Below are positions 58,071 to 64,000 of a DNA stretch of 64,000 nucleotides, piece after piece. Numbering within the stretch: position 1 is the first letter of the stretch; each line of letters starts with the position of its first letter. The stretch is taken from the NCBI GenBank assembly GCA_966250325.1, contig CBINGY010000015.1, positions 6,368 to 70,367 of the forward strand. Direction: 5' to 3'. The notes below the pieces were generated by a model. The model searched no databases. It saw only the letters and a list, made by a program, of their open reading frames with translations, and was not told the origin of the DNA. Made by a program: the position numbers and the translations under genes. This DNA is from an uncultured Cytophagaceae bacterium (GTDB lineage: Bacteria; Bacteroidota; Bacteroidia; Cytophagales; Spirosomataceae).

Positions 58071-59882
58071 ATGGCAAAACGCAGAAATAACGCAGTGGAG
58101 GAAAATCCTGCAGATAAGAAAAAGTTAAGCAAAGAAGGTCTCAGGAAAGCATTGGAACTGCTGAGGCACGTATTGCCGTATAAATGGACCTTTATTGCCG
58201 GTATGGTGTTTCTGGTTTTCAGTACATCCACTACGCTGGCTTTCCCGGCACTTATTGGAGAAGTCACCCGGGTAATTGAAGGAAACTCCCGGTTTACCCT
58301 CAATCAGATTCTCCTTTTTTTTGGTGGAATCCTCATTCTGCAAGGTATATTTTCATTTTTCAGGGTGTATCTTTTTGCTATAGTCAGTGAGAATGTTTCG
58401 GCAGACATTAGAAAGAAGGTATATGACAAGTTCATTACGCTACCCGTCTATTTTTTCGAGCAAAATAGGGTAGGAGATCTGGTAAGCCGCATTACCTCAG
58501 ATGTCTCGGCTTTTCAAAGTGTCCTTTCTCTTACCCTCGCTGAGTTTTTCAGGCAGGTGGTCACCTTAATCGTTGGAATTGGAATTATACTTTATATTTC
58601 CTGGAAACTGACTTTGTTTATGCTCATCACATTCCCCTTTGTGGTGGTAGCAACGTATTTTTTTGGCAGGTATATCCGGGTGTTGTCAAAAGACGTACAA
58701 ACCCGTCTGGCAGAAGCCAATACGGTGGTAGAAGAAACCCTGCAATCTATTCTTGTAGTAAAAGGCTTTACCAATGAGCGTCTGGAATCTGGGCGGTATG
58801 GTAGTCTGATGTCTGCTGTAGTGAAGTTGTCACTACGTTCTGCTACCATTCGTGGCGGGTTTATAACGTTTATGATTGTAGGGCTTTTCGGAGGAATCAT
58901 GCTGGTGGTCTGGTATGGCGGTGGGTTGGTAGAGCGGGGAGAGATTCAGCTGGCAGATCTGATGTCTTTTCTGTTTTATACCGCGTTTATCGGGGCATCC
59001 TTAAACGGGCTGGGAGATATTTATGCTCAGCTACAGCGAAGTATAGGGGCATCTGAACGCTTACTGGAGATATTGAAGGAAACTTCTGAGGTAAGTCTCG
59101 AAAAGGAACCGGTAGCCACGCGTTTTAAAGGCAAAATAAGCTATGCGAATGTGGGTTTTTCTTATCCTTCGCGAAAAGATGTGGAGGTGTTGAAAGATTT
59201 GTCATTTACCGTAAGCCCGGGAGAAAAAATTGCTTTGGTAGGTCAAAGCGGAGCCGGGAAATCAACCATCGTTCAGCTACTGCTACGATTTTACGAGGCA
59301 GGAAAAGGGGAGATTCGTATCGATGATTTACCAATCAACTCGTATGATTTGACAGAATTACGTCAGAATATGGCCATTGTGCCTCAGGAAGTGATCCTAT
59401 TTGGGGGCACCATTGAGGAGAATATCCGATACGGGAATCCGACAGCGGGTGATGAAGAGGTGAGGCAGGCTGCCGCCAAAGCCAATGCTCTGGAGTTTAT
59501 CAACCGTTTTCCGGATGGAATGAAAACCGTGGTAGGCGAGCGTGGAGTGAAGCTTTCCGGCGGGCAGAGGCAGAGAATCGCCATTGCACGGGCCATATTG
59601 AAAGACCCGGCCATTTTGCTACTGGATGAAGCCACCAGTGCACTGGATTCTGAGTCGGAAAGTCTGGTACAAAGTGCTCTTGACGAGCTGATGAAAAACC
59701 GCACCACGATCATAATTGCCCACAGACTCGGAACAGTCAAAAACGTGGATCAGATTTATGTAATTCATCAGGGCGAGGTGGCCGAGAAGGGCCGTCATGC
59801 CGAACTGATTTTGAAACCCGACGGAATTTATTCAAATTTGGTGAGACTCCAGATGGAACAAAATGCGTTTCAGGAACATTAA
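58071..59882 (+). CDS. ABC transporter, fused permease/ATPase (MsbA-like exporter)
   Basis: Six TM helices. Walker A is GQSGAGKST, the signature is LSGGQRQR and Walker B is LLLDEATSALD. Confidence 0.92.
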   Translation: MAKRRNNAVEENPADKKKLSKEGLRKALELLRHVLPYKWTFIAGMVFLVFSTSTTLAFPALIGEVTRVIEGNSRFTLNQILLFFGGILILQGIFSFFRVYLFAIVSENVSADIRKKVYDKFITLPVYFFEQNRVGDLVSRITSDVSAFQSVLSLTLAEFFRQVVTLIVGIGIILYISWKLTLFMLITFPFVVVATYFFGRYIRVLSKDVQTRLAEANTVVEETLQSILVVKGFTNERLESGRYGSLMSAVVKLSLRSATIRGGFITFMIVGLFGGIMLVVWYGGGLVERGEIQLADLMSFLFYTAFIGASLNGLGDIYAQLQRSIGASERLLEILKETSEVSLEKEPVATRFKGKISYANVGFSYPSRKDVEVLKDLSFTVSPGEKIALVGQSGAGKSTIVQLLLRFYEAGKGEIRIDDLPINSYDLTELRQNMAIVPQEVILFGGTIEENIRYGNPTAGDEEVRQAAAKANALEFINRFPDGMKTVVGERGVKLSGGQRQRIAIARAILKDPAILLLDEATSALDSESESLVQSALDELMKNRTTIIIAHRLGTVKNVDQIYVIHQGEVAEKGRHAELILKPDGIYSNLVRLQMEQNAFQEH

Positions 59883-59892
59883 GTATAAGGGT

Positions 59893-60312
59893 ATGAATCA
59901 GCAACAAAACCTCTCACTGAAAACATTTAATCTGCGGCACACCGATTGCCGGGAAGAAATTCTTCATGCGTTTGCATCAAGCAATGCAGCCTTATCGCAC
60001 AGCGATCTGGAGAGCAAAATAGATTCGAAGTATGATCGGGTTACCGTTTATCGTACCTTGAAAACCTTTCAGGAGAAAGGAATCATTCATCGTATTCCTG
60101 ATGCTGATGGAGGCAGTAAATATGCCCTGTGCAAAACCACCTGCACAGCCGGAGACCACCATCATGATCATGTGCATTTTAAGTGCACAGATTGCGGTGA
60201 TACTACGTGTCTGGAGGGCACCCATATCCCGGCCATTGCCCTGCCCGATGGCTACCAGCGAAGAGAAATTAATTTGTTGATTGAAGGGCATTGCCCAAAC
60301 TGTAAGCACTGA
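59893..60312 (+). CDS. Fur-family metalloregulator
   Basis: Start at the ATG at 59893. There is a wHTH (VYRTLKTFQEKGII), a His cluster (HHHDHVH) and CxxC pairs (CTDCG, CPNC). Confidence 0.85.
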   Translation: MNQQQNLSLKTFNLRHTDCREEILHAFASSNAALSHSDLESKIDSKYDRVTVYRTLKTFQEKGIIHRIPDADGGSKYALCKTTCTAGDHHHDHVHFKCTDCGDTTCLEGTHIPAIALPDGYQRREINLLIEGHCPNCKH

Positions 60313-60908
60313 TGCATCCATTAAAAGCCGAATTCCTGAAAAGTGCTTCCCGTAGTGAAGATTGCCCGAAACCCGATAAGCCCGAGTATGCGTTCATTGG
60401 CAGGTCAAATGTGGGGAAGTCATCACTCATCAATATGCTTACCGGGAATAAAAAACTGGCTAAGACTTCTTCCACGCCGGGCAAGACCCAATTAATTAAT
60501 CACTTTCAGATTGAGGATCGCTGGTATCTGGTAGATTTACCCGGATATGGTTTTGCAAAAGTCCCCCTCAAAGAAAAAGCAAAGTGGGAGAAAATGACCT
60601 GGGATTATCTGGAAGGCCGGCAGAATTTGCTCTATGTTTTTGTTCTGATAGATTCACGCATACCCCCTCAGAAAATAGATCTCGAGTTTGTGAATAAACT
60701 GGGAGAGAAGGGGATTCCTCTCAAAATTGTATTCACCAAATGGGATAAAGTAAAGCCCATGGCGGGTCAAAAAAACGTCGATTCATTTAAGATGGCCCTG
60801 GCAGAAACCTGGTCTGTTTTACCCGAGCACTATGTGACCTCATCTGAAAAAGGACTGGGCCGGCTTGAATTACTGCAGCTGATAGATGAGGTGAATTCGA
60901 CCTATTAA
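60312..60908 (+). CDS. engB: Ribosome-biogenesis GTPase YsxC/EngB
   Basis: G1 is GRSNVGKSS, G3 is DLPGYG and G4 is TKWD. The start overlaps the fur-family stop codon (TGATG). Confidence 0.92.
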   Translation: MHPLKAEFLKSASRSEDCPKPDKPEYAFIGRSNVGKSSLINMLTGNKKLAKTSSTPGKTQLINHFQIEDRWYLVDLPGYGFAKVPLKEKAKWEKMTWDYLEGRQNLLYVFVLIDSRIPPQKIDLEFVNKLGEKGIPLKIVFTKWDKVKPMAGQKNVDSFKMALAETWSVLPEHYVTSSEKGLGRLELLQLIDEVNSTY

Positions 60909-60991
60909 TTAATTATTTTACTTAGGCGTTACGATATCCTTAAATTTCTCATGAAGTTGTTTTTTTGACTTCTGCCAACGAATAATTGCTT

Positions 60992-60999
60992 TATATTTG
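60992..60999 (+). promoter_or_regulatory. -7 box TATATTTG upstream of the ROK gene
   Basis: Exact TAnnTTTG match 40 nt upstream of the ATG at 61039. A TTG-containing stretch lies about 25 nt further upstream. Confidence 0.4.
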
Positions 61000-61038
61000 C
61001 CCACAGTTCCAATTTTTTTAACCTAACATCTCTCTTGA

Positions 61039-61947
61039 ATGGCAACGGAATATCTGGGTATTGATATCGGCGGTACGAATGTAAAAATGGGTATCGTAGA
61101 CGCAGAAACCGGGAACATCACTAATTTTTACAGTCATGAAACGGCCAGCTGGCGTAAGTCGGGTCATTTTGTAACGCGTTTAGGTGATGCCATAGCTGTT
61201 CAGTTAAAGGAGAATCCGCATGTAGATAAATGCGGTATAGGCGTGCCCGGGCTTATAACACGTGACCGTTTGAGCCTCATTGAAATCACCGCTATTCCTG
61301 AAATAGATGGCCTGAAAGTAATTCCCGAGTTAAGTGAGCGATTCCCGGGGAAAGAATTTTTTCTGGAAAATGATGCCAATGCCGCCGCTCTGGGTGAGTA
61401 CTATTTCGGCGAAGAAGGTGTGCCCGAAGACTATATTTTCGTAACTCTTGGCACGGGAGTAGGAGGGGCTGCCATTATAGATAAGAAAGTTTTCAAAGGA
61501 GGCGGAGGAAACGCCATGGAACCGGGTCATATGCCCTCCAAACATGGCCGCGTGCTGGAAAGAAATATTGGGAAAGTAGAACTTCTGGACCTGGCCAATG
61601 GCATGCGGGCAGAATGGGCCGGAGAAACCTCTCTGCCAGATGATGGCTCCATTTCTACTACCGGTCTGGTAGCGGCGGCTTCTGAAGGAGATGAACTGGC
61701 TCTGGCCATTTTTGACGAAGTGGGAAATATTCTGGGAGATGGCCTGGTGGCTATGATTCGTATTCTTGATATCACTACTATCCTTATAGGTGGCGGGCTT
61801 TCGGCCTCATTTGAGTATATTCTGCCTGCGGTAAACCGCCAGATTGATTATTGGCTCACCCCATATTACAAGAAGACTCTGCAAATAAAAAGAGCAACCC
61901 TGGGCAATGATGCCGGGCTGCTCGGTGCGGCCAGTTTATGTTTCTGA
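61039..61947 (+). CDS. ROK-family sugar kinase (glucokinase-like)
   Basis: YLGIDIGGTNVK is the ATPase motif; the NDANAAALGE block is present. Confidence 0.85.
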   Translation: MATEYLGIDIGGTNVKMGIVDAETGNITNFYSHETASWRKSGHFVTRLGDAIAVQLKENPHVDKCGIGVPGLITRDRLSLIEITAIPEIDGLKVIPELSERFPGKEFFLENDANAAALGEYYFGEEGVPEDYIFVTLGTGVGGAAIIDKKVFKGGGGNAMEPGHMPSKHGRVLERNIGKVELLDLANGMRAEWAGETSLPDDGSISTTGLVAAASEGDELALAIFDEVGNILGDGLVAMIRILDITTILIGGGLSASFEYILPAVNRQIDYWLTPYYKKTLQIKRATLGNDAGLLGAASLCF

Positions 61948-61951
61948 TGCT

Positions 61952-62428
61952 TTATTGATTCAGAACCGATTCCACCATGCGGGGTTGGATGAGCATGGTA
62001 AGCTGATTACGTTGCCCTGCGGCGGCAAATCCACGCCAGATGGTCTGGTAGTTTTGAGTTTCTACCATTTGAATCAACAAGGTTTTTCCTTTTGTCTTGA
62101 TTTTGCCGCTTTCAAGACGATTTATGCCCTGCTTAGAGTATGTATTACCGCTCAGCAATTTTACGCCTTTGGGTAGTTCCTTCACCATGACCAGTACATC
62201 GGGGTTTTCGTTATCGTAGAAATAATTCTTTGATTGCAAATCCTGATGAACAGCCCGGTGTACGGCATCCCAGTTTTCAGAATCCGGGGTAGACTGAGCA
62301 AAGGCATAGCCCGTGAGCTGATCCTGTTTCTTCAGGCCTTCATTGCCGTTAACCTGGTAATTGGCTTTCATACAGCTTGTCATAAGGAGACCGGCAAGTA
62401 AAATTGTGGCTTGTTGTACTAATTTCAT
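61952..62428 (-). CDS. DUF4136-like lipoprotein
   Basis: The lipobox is LLMTSC; the C-terminal TIWRG block is typical of DUF4136. Confidence 0.6.
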   Translation of the reverse strand: MKLVQQATILLAGLLMTSCMKANYQVNGNEGLKKQDQLTGYAFAQSTPDSENWDAVHRAVHQDLQSKNYFYDNENPDVLVMVKELPKGVKLLSGNTYSKQGINRLESGKIKTKGKTLLIQMVETQNYQTIWRGFAAAGQRNQLTMLIQPRMVESVLNQ

Positions 62429-62658
62429 TTCAATAGGATTGACCAGACAAAGGTCGGGAGAAAATAAAAATAATCCACATTAAATTGCATTATTTTGATA
62501 TTTTTCTTCACAAAACAATGTTTTTTGATAAATGGCAAAATGGCCTTCAGGATCTTCCGCGAGGAGTTATTTCAGAAGAATTAAATTTTTTCATCATCTG
62601 AAGCAACCGGAAGCGGGATAACTCTCATCTGGGTATCAAAAGCTATAAACAAATACGT

Positions 62659-63360
62659 ATGAAAAAGCTATTTAACACTTTACTGGCAGCTGCCCTTTTA
62701 ACCGTTTCGGTAACTGTTTTTGCACAGGATGACTGGGATGATGATTCTGAGCAGAAACATCATCGGGAGTCTGAAAAAAACATGTTCAGCAAAAAAGATT
62801 TTGGGTTGGTGCTTGGAATCAATTCCTACGATCAGGCCTTAGACATGCCCGATCTCGACACCTGGGCTTCCCGCTACGTAGCCCTGCAGTGGCGTAGAAA
62901 TAACCGCCTCATTACCGGCAGACAAGTAGATGTGGCACTGGGTACCGGCCTGGAGCTGGCCTGGAATAATTTCATGATGCGGCACGATGAACAGTTTTTT
63001 GAAGCCGGAGTTGTGAGTGATTTCGAGCTGACCGATGTACCGCTTAAAAAGTCAAAATTGGTGGTAAACCATCTGAATTTACCCGTGATGCTTCAGTTTG
63101 GTTTTAAAGAAAGCAATTTCCGTTTCGGAATAGGAGCTTACGGCGGTATGCGTATCAACAGCTATCAGAAATTTCAGGAATACGATGACCTGAAATACAA
63201 AGAAAAGGGAGATTATAACCTGCGGAAATTCAATTACGGGCTTATGGCAGAAGCCGGCCGCGGAGATGTACGTCTTTTTGCCAAATACGACATGAAGACC
63301 CTTTTCAATGACACCAACCCCATAAATGCGAATGTACTTACCGTGGGTTTAAGGTTGTAA
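62659..63360 (+). CDS. Outer-membrane beta-barrel (porin-family) protein
   Basis: It has a signal peptide, alternating amphipathic strands and a C-terminal strand ending LTVGLRL. Confidence 0.7.
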   Translation: MKKLFNTLLAAALLTVSVTVFAQDDWDDDSEQKHHRESEKNMFSKKDFGLVLGINSYDQALDMPDLDTWASRYVALQWRRNNRLITGRQVDVALGTGLELAWNNFMMRHDEQFFEAGVVSDFELTDVPLKKSKLVVNHLNLPVMLQFGFKESNFRFGIGAYGGMRINSYQKFQEYDDLKYKEKGDYNLRKFNYGLMAEAGRGDVRLFAKYDMKTLFNDTNPINANVLTVGLRL

Positions 63361-63368
63361 GCCAGATT

Positions 63369-63405
63369 ACCCCGAAGGTTTACGAAAATCTTCGGGGTGT
63401 TTTTT
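63369..63405. terminator. Bidirectional terminator hairpin
   Basis: ACCCCGAAG (63369-63377) pairs with CTTCGGGGT (63390-63398), followed by a T run. Confidence 0.65.
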
Positions 63406-64000
63406 AATCAATTTCAAGCACTACTCCCTCGGTAAGCGGATGTGCCACACAAGTAAGCACCCAGCCTTCCTCTTTCTCTTTTTGAGTGAGGCCTTCGTCT
63501 TCATCCATTTTTATTTTACCTGAAGTGCATTTTCCCAGACAGGCCGTGCACATGCCCGCCTGGCAGGAATAGGGCAGGTCAATATCGAGTTCCAGAGCAG
63601 CTTCAAGTATGGTTTGATGAGGCTCTACTTTAAACGTATAATCATCGCCATCGTATTTGACAGTTACTTCCCGGGTCTTGAGGCCGTCGGTTTCGGGAAG
63701 AGGTAATTCTTCACCGAGCATGGGGGTATTGAAGTTTTCACGATGTATCTGCTCAGCAGGCACATTGAACACATCAAAAATTTCAAGAACCTCCTGCATC
63801 ATACCGGCAGGTCCGCAGAGGTAAAATTCTTCGTTTTTCGACCTGAAATGAATATCCAGCTCTTTGAGCATCACCACAATATTGGCCTTATTGATACGTC
63901 CGCGGTAGCCTGCCCAGGAATCTGTCGGCTTACTGAGAACATGCACTACATTAAGCCTTTGGCGATCGGCCAGCTCCATGTCTGTGAGTTTCTTCCAGAA
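63404..64000 (-). CDS. Ferredoxin-NAD(P) reductase-like protein with a C-terminal plant-type 2Fe-2S domain (PaaE/PaaK-like); 5' end lies outside the window
   Basis: C..GMCTAC......C is the 2Fe-2S ligand pattern (YSCQAGMCTACLGKC ... LTCVAHP). The reading frame is open to base 64000. Confidence 0.8.
   Translation of the reverse strand, partial: FWKKLTDMELADRQRLNVVHVLSKPTDSWAGYRGRINKANIVVMLKELDIHFRSKNEEFYLCGPAGMMQEVLEIFDVFNVPAEQIHRENFNTPMLGEELPLPETDGLKTREVTVKYDGDDYTFKVEPHQTILEAALELDIDLPYSCQAGMCTACLGKCTSGKIKMDEDEGLTQKEKEEGWVLTCVAHPLTEGVVLEID

Noticed and set aside
62429-62658. 230-nt intergenic region with a possible 30-codon ORF (ATG near 62533) and an imperfect inverted repeat.
   Set aside because: There is no promoter box or conserved-looking peptide. 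The repeat has a mismatch and no terminator context. The evidence is insufficient.

Overview
This is a dense chromosomal segment of about 75 CDS and roughly 90% coding. It comes from a Bacteroidota genome of the Cytophagia/Flavobacteriia type. The evidence is a gldB gliding-motility lipoprotein, a T9SS C-terminal sorting domain, a CarboxypepD_reg-type TonB-dependent receptor, recurrent TAnnTTTG -7 promoter boxes and essentially no Shine-Dalgarno sites. Recognisable core genes are asd, serS, lysC, ribH, pdhA, recF, nadC, tadA, Fe/Mn-SOD, trpE/trpG, monomeric icd, engB and an MsbA-like ABC exporter. A molybdenum-cofactor locus spans 27.3-35.0 kb (moeA, xdhC-like, moaD, moaE, a mobA fusion, moaC). 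Several periplasmic sugar oxidoreductases and glycosidase-like proteins are also present. I found no rRNA, tRNA, CRISPR array, integrase or transposase. Items that stand out:
- An AT-rich orphan SIR2-like gene sits next to asd (11.8-12.9 kb).
- Two DUF2490 barrel paralogues flank a ModE-N-domain-only regulator inside the Moco locus.
- A TonB-dependent receptor carries a ~170-aa A/Q/T/V-rich insertion built from two ancient in-frame tandem duplications.
- A secreted W/Y/R-rich protein ends in a ~150-aa Ser/Arg tail and lies next to a 125-nt GC-rich element.
- A textbook Trp-codon attenuator (leader peptide with WWW) precedes trpE.
- Three genes have the -7 box exactly 4 nt from the ATG, suggesting leaderless transcripts.
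- An Avd-like four-helix-bundle gene and a ParE/RelE toxin-antitoxin pair are wedged into housekeeping operons.
All functional calls rest on motif recognition by eye; no database search was run.
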